Assembly: GCA_002633005.1 (NCBI GenBank)
Contig: NMRA01000073.1
Coordinates: 890,911 to 954,910, forward strand
Source of the DNA: Phoronis australis
Taxonomy: Eukaryota; Animalia; Phoronida
Reading direction: 5' to 3'
Length of the DNA: 64,000 nucleotides
A program made the position numbers and the translations under genes. Positions 51,829 to 64,000 of the stretch are shown piece by piece. Below the pieces are notes generated by a model that saw only the letters and a program-made list of their open reading frames with translations, did not search any database and was not told the DNA's origin. Each line of letters begins with the position of its first letter. Position 1 is the first letter of the stretch.

Positions 51829-53969
51829 TCAAAAAGTACGTATACTATTAAAAGAAACACAATGACCATACCACCATCTTTCCACTTCCAACATTTCCAA
51901 CGCTTCCTCTCTCTCTTGCTTGTCCAAACGGCAGGTGTTGTCAAGGAGGGTGCTGCCATGGCTTTTCAAAGACAATGCGGTAACGAGGCGAAATGGAGAA
52001 CTTCCGTAAACATATTTACACAAGGCGCCGCCTATTAACGGCAGCGGAAACCAGTCTGACTGCCACCACATCAGCACGAAGAAGCAAGTGGTGAGTGCTC
52101 TATAAATGTCAGACTGACCTCCGTCTGACTGAAATAACACTACGGTGTACAGGTAACGTGCGTATACGAGCCAGTGTAGGTATAGTATAGTCAGTATAAA
52201 AGCCACCGTTACCACAAAGTATGACATCGCTGTGAATAGATTTTCCCATGTCTGAAAACAGAAGAAGTCGTTTCAAAGTAATTCTGCGATGCTATTTATG
52301 ATTTCTCACTTCACCTAAGGTGCTCTGCAAGGTAAAAGCTTTTAATGAGTGCGGTGACTGTATGGTGCATTTAATTTAAGGCAAAACAACCTCTGCTCAT
52401 GTATAAAACATCACGTCTACTAAATGGCTTAAGTATTTGAAACAAAATAATGTTATACTACCCTCGTCTACTTTAAAGATTTTGGAACGGGTTCGAAAAC
52501 AAAGGCTGTCCAATCGTAAAGCGTTACGGCGATTGGACAGCCTAATAATTGCGGTTGTGAGGAAAACCCGTTTAGCTTGACAATGCAAGAGGCCATTCTT
52601 GGACATAATGAATAAACAGAATAGAATAGCGTCACCAGATCTCAACATTCGATGGTGTGTACTTCAAAGCTATACTGAGAGCTACAATCGGCAGGTCAAA
52701 ATGGCCGAGAAAGTAGGACTGGCCTTGTCGACAACTCTGTTATTTAGCCAAACATCTTCAAAATTTAGATTTTAACTTAGTTTAAATTATCACGAGAAGT
52801 GCTTGTGACTTAGGAATGCTACAAAACCCTTGGTTTTTCAGACTCTTCCATGGGCGCGCAGCACTGAAAAAAGTGGCGGGCTAAATAAAGCCCCCTTACT
52901 GAGCCCCCCTGTGGTGCACCACCTACAGACCATGTGCGGCGTAGCACTGAAAAGGGGAGGGGGGCTATAGCCAGTGGCGGATTTAGGGGGGGGGGGCATG
53001 GGGGCCATGCCCCCCCTAAAATTTTACCAGATACCATTTGGGAGTTCGGGTGCGCGCAAGCAGGGGCTCGTCGGGGGTTAATAAACAACGCAGTAGGCCC
53101 TGAACAAACTGAACAAACCCCGTTTACCGTTTTTTTTAGTCAATGGGTCCGCAACCCCAAACATTCGAGGCCTCTGCGTCCCCACATTTTAGGCTGAGCG
53201 CGCGCATCTGTCGAAATTCTGCTTATTCTCGAGCCTTGACCCCCCTAACTCAAAATCCTGGATCCGCCCCTGATAGCCCCTCCCCCAGCCCCCCAGTATG
53301 GTGCGCTGCCCATGTCTTCATGTCGGGCCTAACCAGAGGACTGCTGTCCTCTCTGACTTGCACCTTGTGCACTATCAGACGCCGTGTCGCGACACGGCCG
53401 ATTGATGGTTAGCCTTCAAATCTGACCAACGTAAGGATAAACCTAACGAGTATGTTGGTGAACGTGAGCAGGTAGTTGAAACCAAATATCTGTCTTGTCA
53501 CGGAGTTTGACATGTATCGTCAGGCTTTTAAGTAGCCATCGTTGTCAATCAAAAATAATTCCTTGTGGAGACATTAAGCTTGTCAAGGAAGCGAATAAGT
53601 TAGCGACAACTTACAGACTTGTGAACGAGCGTCAGCTGCCTGCGGGCAACGACATAGTAATAGTTAGAGACTTGAACCCCAAACCTGGCTCCCCAACCTT
53701 TTCTAGTGCCGTAATAAGGGGCGACTTACCCACATCCAGAAGTTGTCCAAACACGACGTAGAAACTTTAGCGCATGGCTGCCAAATACAAGAATGTTCAG
53801 AAAACCCGTTCACGGCCGCATATATAATAGATGAAAGAAGATACTTTAAACCTATTAAATAGAATGTAATAGCACAACCATAAAAGCACAATCTAGAAAC
53901 AAAATACGCGTAACTGAAACTGCAGTCTGTTGAAGGGGAGGTTGGCCGAGAGATGGAGTTACTGCCCAT
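51829..53969 (-). CDS. Orphan multi-pass membrane protein, 2 exons (53969-53730, 52251-51829), about 220 aa
   Basis: Phase-0 join NFWMW|GTAAGT ... TTTTCAG|TWENLFTAMSYFVVTVAFILTILYLHWLVY; 3-4 hydrophobic segments. No family recognised. Confidence 0.55.
52849..53314. mobile_element. MITE (CATGGGC...GCCCATG, TSD TCTTC) containing a nested MITE
   Basis: TCTTC|CATGGGCGCGCAGCAC ... GTGCGCTGCCCATG|TCTTC. Confidence 0.75.
52972..53272. mobile_element. Nested MITE (CAGTGGCGGAT...ATCCGCCCCTG, TSD ATAGC)
   Basis: ATAGC|CAGTGGCGGATTTAG ... CTGGATCCGCCCCTG|ATAGC. Confidence 0.8.
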
Positions 53970-54208
53970 GGCAAAGACGCGGGAACCCGTGCGACTCGGA
54001 TGAAGAGTTGCTTTTGCTTACTTCCGGCAATAGTGACGTCAGCAAAACGAAAGCTTAACATATTTTTAACATCATAATAACTCATCGATAGTTACTCAAA
54101 CAGTAAATTCATCTTGAAAGTGTATTTGATGCAATAGCAGTCATTTTTATTAAACCTTCTAATTGTTCTTTCGTTTTTAAAGATGAATTTACAAAACACA
54201 GAGATAAC

Positions 54209-54458
54209 GCCTGTTCCAAGAAACTGACTTAAGTTCATTTTTGACTTAAGTTTAAGATTTGTCTTAACTTCCAAACTTTGAAACTTCCACATTCGGTAAG
54301 TTAGTCAAAATTAAGACAAAACTTATGTCAAACACGTAAGCCAAACTTTTAAAGATCTCTTTCTTCAATTTATTTTTAGACAGATTTAACTTTCATTTTA
54401 AAATTTACTAAAATTTAAGATTTGTCTTAGCTGAGTGAGTTTTGTTGGAACGGGCCCT
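54209..54458. mobile_element. Degenerate AT-rich TIR element
   Basis: GCCTGTTCCAAGAAACT is an imperfect inverted match to AGTTTTGTTGGAACGGGC; internal TTTAAGATTTGTCTTA repeats. Confidence 0.45.
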
Positions 54459-55439
54459 AAGTTTTTATTTTAGAGTCCGATCCACGGCGAATCACAGACA
54501 ATGCTGTCCGATGCTTAACTCTAACAATTTATTGCGTTCACTGACGCGAACTGCTTGTTTCTTTTCCCCACTTACCAACACGGACAGTGATGGCAAAATG
54601 AATTCCTTCACAGGCACATACCTGTAAAAGGCGTGATTACAACACTCCGTGGCTATATTTCCAACGTTTCAATATGAATACTGACATTTCTAAATGTCAC
54701 ACAAAGGCTATTTTTACAATACAATTATGTTGTATTTAACAACATATCTTTGTACCTTTCTGAGCTCGTTATGCACTGCTTGAATTCTTATATCTCATAC
54801 CTAATACAAGGTATTAAAGTTTTTATTTCTGTTCGGCAAGAGCACCATACTTGATTGGGCTTAAGGTTATCAGTAACCACAGACAAATGCCAAAGACTGA
54901 TCTACTTCAGATCAGTCATAATATGTTACCACAGAAAAATGTCAAACATTGACCTACTTCGAATTAGTCGGAATATATCTCAGAAATGACCATTAACTGG
55001 AGCTTCCAGAAAATTGCAAATCAGCTGTTGTCCAAAAGGCTACCAGGAATTATTTCACTTTGAGTGAGGCCTGGATGATTTTTGAAAAATTGTAAAATAA
55101 GAACGTAATTAATTTTATTCTCATAAATCAACGCGCTGATGAGGTATGAAGAATGATAGTTCTTTCTCAGTCAGAGAACGAAAATATACTTTAGAAAAGT
55201 GTTGCAGTATTTTGGGGTTTTACTTTAAAGATTTATGTAACCAATTATTAGATATCCGACTTTAGGTTAATAGTTGAAAGGGCTTAGCATGCAGTCTTGC
55301 TCTTCATAATATATTCGAGCTGCGATAAAACTACCTTTTGGCTAACAAACCTCCATTGATTTACACCATTTAGCTGGAAGGAATGCCTTCCTGCATTTAG
55401 TTATATTGGTATCAACTTGTTCATTACAGCTGTTAAATT

Positions 55440-55584
55440 CAGGAGCGGATCCAGGATTTTGAGTTAGAGGGGGCCAGATCAGAGTATTAGCCAGGATTTT
55501 TCCCGTCAGACATTCTCACCCTCTAGTCTGGGAGAATTTTAGGGGGGGCATGGCCCCCCTGGCCCCCTTCTAAATCCGCCACTG
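55440..55584. mobile_element. Short MITE of the CAGTGGCGGAT family, TSD AAATT
   Basis: AAATT|CAGGAGCGGATCCAGG ... TAAATCCGCCACTG|AAATT; an inverted, shorter relative of 52972-53272. Confidence 0.8.
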
Positions 55585-58500
55585 AAATTAGAGGGACTTC
55601 ATGCGTTTGGAATGAACAGTCATTACGACTAAAGGTCTTGGCTTGTCAGTCACGGCTTGTTGATTTCTCAGTCTCACTTACACTGGTTGTAAGCGTTACA
55701 GGCTGACATGTTCGTTTTCTCCTCGCCCTAGCGACAGTCACCTGTGTACATGTTCATGTTGTAAGTGATCTTCGCAAGTTACCAAGTCATAACATAAATA
55801 TTAGCGCTCTTTCATCTTTGTGATGTGCGCATATGTATATCTATATTCGGTGTATGTTAGTATGCAGCCGAAAAGCTATTTCTAATGTAGGCTAGTGGTG
55901 TAGCGAGACTGCGAGATCGGTTCTCCTGAGGCGGCACTGCGCACCGAGAGGGGGCGATGTCGACGGAAGTAGAGCTTAACAAACATAATAAAATTCATGG
56001 CGAATGGGAGGGTGGAGGCATAAAACTGGTGACAATCCCTATGGTGTGGTATCGGTGGCGACCACGGCGCTACTCAAAAATATTCTTTTACTTCCCCGTG
56101 GGCGGCAATACAAGACTGGTTTAGTGTTCGAATTCTAAAGGCGCGCGCATCGAATCTGGTAGTGACAAAATTCGAAGTCCGAGAGTAACTTATTTTTTTG
56201 TTTTGGTGCATATGCACTAGCGCTTTCTAAGTGTATCCCTAGGTGGTATCTGAGAGAGGTGGTCGGTGGTTTTCTCAATTGTCTGACAGTCTCTGATATC
56301 AAATATTTAGTTTTAGCTATACTTCTTGGCATTTGATGCAATGCCTGATTATCCCCTCAGTCGTCACGTGGTGCAGTCTGGCCGCTTGCCAAAACGACTT
56401 AGGTGCCTTGTATCCACGTTGTATAAAATCTTCAACATTTTTTGATTGCATCTCAAAAGCCGATTGTACAGAAGGCTTTCTGAGCAACAATCAAAACGTG
56501 CTAAGATTTGTCAATCGACGCCAATGCGCAGCCGATACTGTTTCTCCACTCCTAAATTTCGGCTTGAGCTCCCAAAATTTATAATGAACGTTCAACAACG
56601 AAGAACTTCTTAGATCAATAGAAAATGACAGTGCTTGAGAACCACAATCATCTGACGGTGTGACAGATAATAAATTTCTTGATTAAAAACACTGAAAACA
56701 ATTCCTTACGTCCAAACTGACTTTGTACAAGACAAGAGTATGAGAGTTTTACTAAACCTCAATGCCAAAACGAGGTTAAATGCTACCATGTATCTTGCAA
56801 GATGACCCTACTTTTGTGAAATCTTTATGAAATTTCTCTTCCTTACTTCGCATCACGCAACAATTACAGATTTCGCCCCTGCTACCTGCTTTGATACAGC
56901 CTATTGACGTACACGTACCTTTAGGGTTTCAAAGAAATAGCCTGCTTTATGGAAATAATTGCATGAAGGCTGACTATGCACAACTCCCTAAAATTGTATT
57001 TTTAAAAGCGATGACAACACAGTGAATAGGTTTAGTGATCAAAACACCGGTTGGGTAACTTTATTGCGTGAAAGTGTGTAGTTATTTAAATCTGTTATTC
57101 AAGAGTGTTGTACTTCTGTTCACAGACCAGGTCGTAACGTTCGGTTAATTCATGGGGCCACTCTAACACATTTCCGTATGTCTGAAATTGCAACACTCCT
57201 CTGACCAGTTGTTCAAGTGAGGTGGCTGCAAAATGTAACATTCCGGGACAATATTCTCCAGAAACCGTAAAGGTGACGTGGGCTGGGCCTGCGTGCAACG
57301 CGTTGTGCAGCCATTTTTTGAACTCTTGACACTCCCACCCTCTCCCTTCGCACACGGCCTGGCCATCGTCAATCAAAACATAAGATTATTTAGGGGACCC
57401 GCCAGTGGACCTGATCCCTCCTGTGGACACGACGAAAATAAAAGCCGCCGACACGCTGAGCTTAGGAACTACGCCAACAATTTCCTTCCGAAATCGTGGT
57501 TGCACCGACTCCTTGTAACATCTTCGGTTCACCGGTGTCCCAAATCTTTCGCCTATTTAGAGAGTTGAGCAGACTTCAGTTGATGGTGTGAAGTGTGTTC
57601 ACATTCGTCGCTCGCCCACACCACTCAACATGCATTTGCATTTGTATAAGTGTCAATCCAGTTTGCTGCTTCTTTTCTTTCTGGTATTTCTTCCAACGAA
57701 TCTGACGGCGAAGAACAGAGTTAGTGATTGATAGGCCCTAATGGACGGATGTAATGTGCCCACATTTTTAAAGCTCGTTTTCTCCACTGAATAATGGGCA
57801 TCAAACTGGTTTGCAAAATGTGGGCACTTTATATCCGACTATTGCTTAGACAACGGGGCAACAGTAACTTTGAGTCAAACAGCTTTCACGAACCCACCTT
57901 TTGTAGCAAAAGGACTTAGTGGGTTGCTTTTAGTAGGCGCAGAGAAGGAATTCGTGAATAGGGAAGATCGCCCAAGTTTTCGCAAGGTGTCGCCATGCAT
58001 TTCAACCGAAGCACGTGATTGCAATAGCCTGCGAGTAACGCTTGCGTCTACGGCAGAATCCAGTCCCGGAGTCGAGTTGCTGCGAGAAAAAAATCTAACC
58101 AAAGTCACGTGCTCTCAGCATTGAAAATACACTGCGATTTCGCGATATGGTGCTTTTCAAGAGAGACACTTGCGTTTTTGAACTCGACTCTGATCTGATT
58201 GCTCGACTCTCAGATTAGAAGTGACGGTTTGCGGGATGGGAAACATATTGACTTCCTGGTCTCAGTCAAGTAGCAGCGACTCGGTGTCCAGGAATCACTT
58301 CCTATATGGGTAAGACCACTTTAAAACAATTTTATAACGGTCAGTGATCTAAAGCAACTGTCAGAATGCTGGTTATTGATAATTTTGATTAGTTTGCTTG
58401 CCATTAAAAAATTCCACTCGCGTGGCTGTCCCTTAGAATGGTGTTACTGCGTTGTATGCAGAATTTATTGACGAGATCATTGATGCTGGAGCATAAAATA

Positions 58501-61500
58501 GCTACGTATTGTAGTAAAAATTGGTTTAAATAGTCTCCGGTTTCATAATAACATGACCGAATAATGTAATGAACACAGGCTACGGTGTATTCGTCTTCAC
58601 AGGTATGAACGAATGTGCCAGCTATGCTTCTTGCCCCCCGGGGCTGTCTGCCTTTGTTCTCATGACGTTCCGTTACCAATACTGCACCATTGCTCGGAGG
58701 CATTGAAGCATTCGCTGATGTAATACAATAATAACCTCTTCGTCTTCATTAGCTCGAATTCAGTACTGAACTGAAGTGCTGTGTGTCGAATAGTGTTTTG
58801 TTTAAGAATTCGTGTATTTATTCTGAAAAACGACGATATTGACTGCTGCTACTTCAGACAAAATAACGTGTTATTTCATGTTCGAAAGGGCAATCTTATA
58901 AGGTAGATTGATCACGATACAGTCAGTTTGGGCTAGGCAGCAAAGAAAAACCGTAAGCCTCACAAATGCATCCATGGGTGAGAGCTACGTGTGCCTTTGG
59001 TACTACCGTTAAAATTGTCCAAGAGCTGAGTGAAACTAAATGTTTGTATCTTTTCTGTCTTGCCAATAAAACACTTTTTACACACACCGTTACATAAGTA
59101 GGCCCAGGTCATGCTTCGGAAAAAGGGATTATTCGTGGAATATTCCGCTCCCGTGGGAATTACAATCGATTGGACCGATATGCTACAGGAACTGAAAAAA
59201 CACCCCATTCTTAGGCCAGATCCAATCACAAACACCCTCGGTATTAGTGTGAAACCTTACCCACTGTATATAGCTTCGCAACGTCACAAAGGCCTAGTAT
59301 TATTCAAGACTGACTGCATATTATGTCACTGAAATATCGCGAAGCTTTTTGTCAAGATTAGTTGCGTGTATAACTCGATCTTGTGGGCACTGTTGAAACA
59401 TTAGAGCCGTAGGGTCAATTGTAAAAGAAAGGCAAGCCTCTTTTTATCGTATTACTCACCTCCAGCAAAGGAAATGCACATTCATCTTCTAGTGGCAATC
59501 AAGTCTACTATTTGACGTCACGCCATGATTTTCCATTTTGGCGGGGAAATGCGTCCTGATTCTGCATTAAGTATTGTGTTCTCCCAACATTTTCTAAAAC
59601 AAAATCTTCTGGGTCAGCATTATGGGTAATGTGATGCCAGGAGTAAATTCAGAAAGAGTTATGACATTCTGATATTTTTGTTGAAAAAGGGAATATTTCC
59701 AGAGGCCAAGTTTCACGTGAAAATTGTCTGAAGTCCTTTTTCAAGAACTTGGGTTTCTTAGATTGAGTGGGTACTACCGATACCACTGTTTTGTCGACGA
59801 CGGGGTCATCAACCCAGACTCGTTTCAAGGGACCGTAGAAGTATACGTACCGCACGTTGTGTAAGGCCTTGCGGTTATTGACCATGGATTATTGAAGAAG
59901 GTGGGATAAAGTGCGTGAGAGATCCACTCTTGCCTGAATACCGCCTCTCTGCAGCCATTCATTCTCGCAAGTGATCGAAGAATTTAATGTGTTTTAAGCG
60001 GCTTCACTTTGGTAGAATATGAGATATTCCCCGGTCGCATTTCAAAAACCAGTTGTTAGGTAACGAACCGACCATAAATGACATGTCGCTCCCATCCCGG
60101 CTATTTACAAGGTCTACTATCCGAGCACGAAATAGCCTACGTCAGTACGCACAAAATCGTCTGAGCAGGTTTTTCTGAAGGAATATTATAAAAAAACACC
60201 GTTGCATATCAAACTTAACGTCTGCATCAATTTAATAAAAACATATAATGTTATTCAGAACTACTTTTGAAGAATCCGGGGTTAATATTACTTCCATATC
60301 TCATCTCTTACTCGCGTCCCTGACTTTTGTGATCTTCATACGTTTTGTTAACTTTCACAAGGCAATATTTAAAAAGAGGATGATGTTACCAACGTGACAC
60401 ACGGCTCCAGAAGTGTTTTGAAGTCGCACTTGAGTCTGATGATTAACGTTAATTACTGTAGATCTTCGTTTTGCTGACATCTCATTTAGTTCATTATAGA
60501 TTATTTTCGCTTTTAGGAATCTCAGTAAATTAAAATTGTGGATTGTTTCACCAAGAAATATCATATAATATAAGTTGTACATCGGCCAAACCCACGCTCA
60601 AATTTTCAAAAGGCGATGCCGGAGACCTTAACGTCAGCTTGACGATTAAACAAAATAATGACTAATGACTAAACAACTATAAATTCGCTCTTTAGAATTT
60701 ATTTGATAATGTAGCTGTTGATAACGAAATGTAAACACGAATCGAAGTCACAAGCTTTGCCGTTGCATAGTAAACCATCCCGGTGTTAGTCACATTTTTA
60801 ATGTGGATCAAGGGCAGTTCTGAGTCAAAACTGGCAAAATTAATCAAAATAAATACTTACCCTGAGTTTACATCGCAAGCGATATGTAATTACCATCAAC
60901 AGAAAGCATGCTATAGCTGTGCGTGGTTCTTGCACATCTTTTTCGTCTGGCTGTGAAGAGACCTACAGTTGAAAGACCGACAGATTGACGCGCGTCGATA
61001 CCTGTGCAGGTAAGGTGTACACCTGTGTTGTACACGTCGACACACCACCGGCAGCAATCAATGTTTTAATGAAACTCATTTATCGGTAGACGTCATTAAT
61101 ATCACCAAATGTCCCTTCCAGCGATCGACGGTATTAAAAAACCTGAATCCGATCCGCCCAGACCGTGTTGACCTGAATGTACATACGCGAAGGAACTTAG
61201 TGAACCGTTCCCGGCTGTTTCCAAGTTTGATTAAGTTTGATTAAGATAAAAGTGTCCCAGACTGGTGATTACACTATACTCTCAATGGCGCTTGAACGTG
61301 TAATGAATATATCACGCGCTGTCACCATGGTGATGTATCCAAGCGCGGCAGCGGGCTTCATATCTTGAATTTTTCGTTTTTGAGCGCATGACTTTCCCTT
61401 CTCGTGACGTGAACGGTGTCGAAAGACACGATTTCGTGTTGGCGAAAATTGTTCGCGACACATTGTTACCGTAAAGTGATATTACGTCATCCGATCTGTC

Positions 61501-64000
61501 GTTTATTGCATCGCATGCCTAATTTACGCTCTCTTTATGCCGTGCATGACCTATCGGGCATCGAAGCCGCAGACGACGCGTCGGCAAGCAATGGTTGTAT
61601 TAAAAATATACACCAGTCGTTTCACCAGACAATGGATCGTTTTGTGATTAAAGAATGATAAATTGGGGTTGTATGACATTTACCCAGTGGAGGACCATCG
61701 TAACATACCTGTTTGATATACGAGTGCTACAGTGACACGGTTATCTTAATGAATAATGCGAATTTTACTATACTGAGTCCAAAGTGTGTGTAACCGTCAC
61801 GGCGCGGTACCGATTGGTGCAACGAAAAAATATTCCAAGCCTGCTTAATAGAAACATTTCAAGTACATCCCATCAAAATTCAGTTAGAATAAAAGTTAAG
61901 TAAAAAAGAACTAAGAAATTGGGATATTCAAAGTTGGAGGACGACAGAGGCTAACCGCTACTCACTGCCGACAGCTACGCATGTAGAAATACAAAATGTA
62001 TTTCACAATTTGTTAGAAATTAAAGTTCAAATCCCCAAATTAAACCGTTCTATCATTGTTCTTTTCAAAGCGTGAACATTGTACAGGGAGTTAAACAACA
62101 GTCTTATGTTCCAATGTTCAAAATCAGTAGGCAAGCGACAGCAAGGGAAGGATCTTTATAAATGCCTGTTTTATATAAGTGACGTCATACTTGATCGCAA
62201 ACTTCGGTTGATCACAAGCGCTTAGAAACGGCTGTTGACTGATTTGATAATGCTGTTGTGGGTATAATCGTTTTCCCGATTTACAAAAATTCAGTTGCCT
62301 ACGTAAAAATCTGAGAATTTTCAGCGAGAAAGTAACGTAGTTTCAGAATTATTTATTATCTGCGTTTTGTTCTGTGTTGTTTTAGAACAAATTACGAGTT
62401 CAGTGTAAGATCCAAGCGTGTCAAACATACGGATGATCTCAAAACATACTCCAGCACCCTCTACACGCTAGAACCGTGGATTCATTCGTATGAACTATGG
62501 CGTCATGAGATCAAAAATAAGACATGCATATTCTACTCGTTACTTTTTCGTACATGAGCGCGTTATGTAGTGGTTTGTACGTGTGATTCAGTGGTTCGAG
62601 TGGCTGATTCGGAAGTTTTGGGTGATGAGTATCTGGTAACCTTGAAATCGCGCTTCCCAGTTTTTGTTATCTCATACATGTACTGTCATCACCGACGTCA
62701 CCGTCAGTATGATCGTCGAGAAGGACATCAGGGTCGATCGTTATCATTCAATTACTCGGGTAGCCATCGTTGTCGTCGTAGTCGTTATGACTGTCGATGT
62801 CACCGGCCAGATATTATTAAAGGTGCAACAAACCGGTGTTCTTTATTGAAAAAGATCAGGTCTCATCTCGTTCCTTCTATTAGAAATTTCTTATAGGCTT
62901 GAGATGAACTGACAGGCCGTCATTAGCTTTTTACCGTCCCTAATTGCTTGTTACCAATGCAGTATGACCGTCGGGCGAAACTTGGGATTTAGTACCATTT
63001 CAAACAAAGGCTCGTAATGAAGTCATAATGTTGACGTTTTGACGTCACAGCATGGTACACAACAACTTTGGAAATGAATGTTAGTAGAACCATTGTCTGT
63101 TTGCGTACGCAAAACACCAATTTTCTCAGCCGTACGATAAGAATATTCTGAAGCACTTTTACGTAAATCCCTGCTTCTGTAAATCTATAAAAGTACTTAC
63201 ACAAATTCTGGTTATTTGAAAAAGCGACGCCGTAGTATTGAGAAAAGAATACATTTCGTGAATTTTTCAACACACTGAAGCAGGCATTTCCTTCATCAGG
63301 AATACCTTGTCTAATACGTATGCCACGGGTAAATGATTGCTTAATAATTTTTAAGTGGTTTCGAGTCTTTTTGTCATTGGGATTTCAGAATATTTATTTG
63401 GTCATCATCAAAGTTTAAAGTAGTGCTCAACAAATATTATCAATGTCGATTTACAGTAGAGTAGACAAATGTGTTTTATCAAAGAACGTATTTAATTGAA
63501 TTTCTTAAAACTCGTAACAATAATTTCAACACAAAACACAGGTTTGTGTCATTTTTGGAAGCAAAAATGTCCCATTGCAGAAAAGGTAAATGTAGGCCTA
63601 CAGGATTAGTTACGGTCGCGTTGCCTGTTTTCAAGAGTTTTCTTGGACTTTGAACTGACTCGTATTCAAGCTACGCCCATTGCGAGTCAGAGAAGCCTCT
63701 TTTAGTCACCACATAATTGCGCTCAGTTTCCATTAGTCACCGCGTGCGATAAAATTACATTTAATTTACTTGCATGAATGCCGATGACTGTGGTTTATGA
63801 CTTCACGACTTATTTTTTTCTTCAGTCCCGTTATCCTTATCAAATCTTTTGTCGTTCAAATTTGTTATTATAAAGCGATACTTTTCACTCCAGCACTGAA
63901 TTAAAATAGCGTGATTGCTATCCATCCTTCAGCTACCACAGCTACGAAACTGCCCGGTGCAGCAAAACAAGAAATGTCATAAAAATAATTTTGGCAATTC

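Noticed and set aside
57600-64000. Short ORFs at 57875-58108, 59111-59332, 59649-59885 and 62570-62896
   Set aside because: No motifs recognised, and I could not build phase-consistent gene models.
1-64000. CRISPR array, prokaryotic operon or defence island
   Set aside because: The sequence is eukaryotic with spliceosomal introns, and no repeat-spacer array was seen.

Overview
Intron-rich animal genomic DNA, probably from an invertebrate (the species cannot be read from the sequence). Splicing by hand gives these genes. (1) A 7-exon, about 1100-aa ankyrin-repeat/caspase fusion gene on + (5068-12123), with an atypical VACQT active site, an acidic plus NLS/RG-rich tail, and kB/STAT/E-box/TATA motifs upstream. 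(2) An 11-exon NitFhit fusion gene on - (15024-29881) with two U12-type introns, two in-frame ATGs and a possible Nit1-only isoform. (3) Two adjacent large, unrecognised membrane-anchored proteins on -, each mostly encoded by one giant exon: one has two SWIM-like CxC...CCH domains, the other four copies of an unrecognised 200-250 aa domain with AKAP-like helices. (4) A 4974-bp decayed Kolobok DNA transposon (46220-51193) with a TTAA TSD, perfect 19-bp TIRs, THAP/transposase remnants and a convergent KolX/P2X7-ballast-like gene. (5) Small orphan genes, several CA...TG MITEs with 5-bp TSDs, and SINE/LINE fragments. Two duplications split by a single N (20312, 32960) look like assembly artefacts. 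All gene models are manual, without database searches or transcript evidence.
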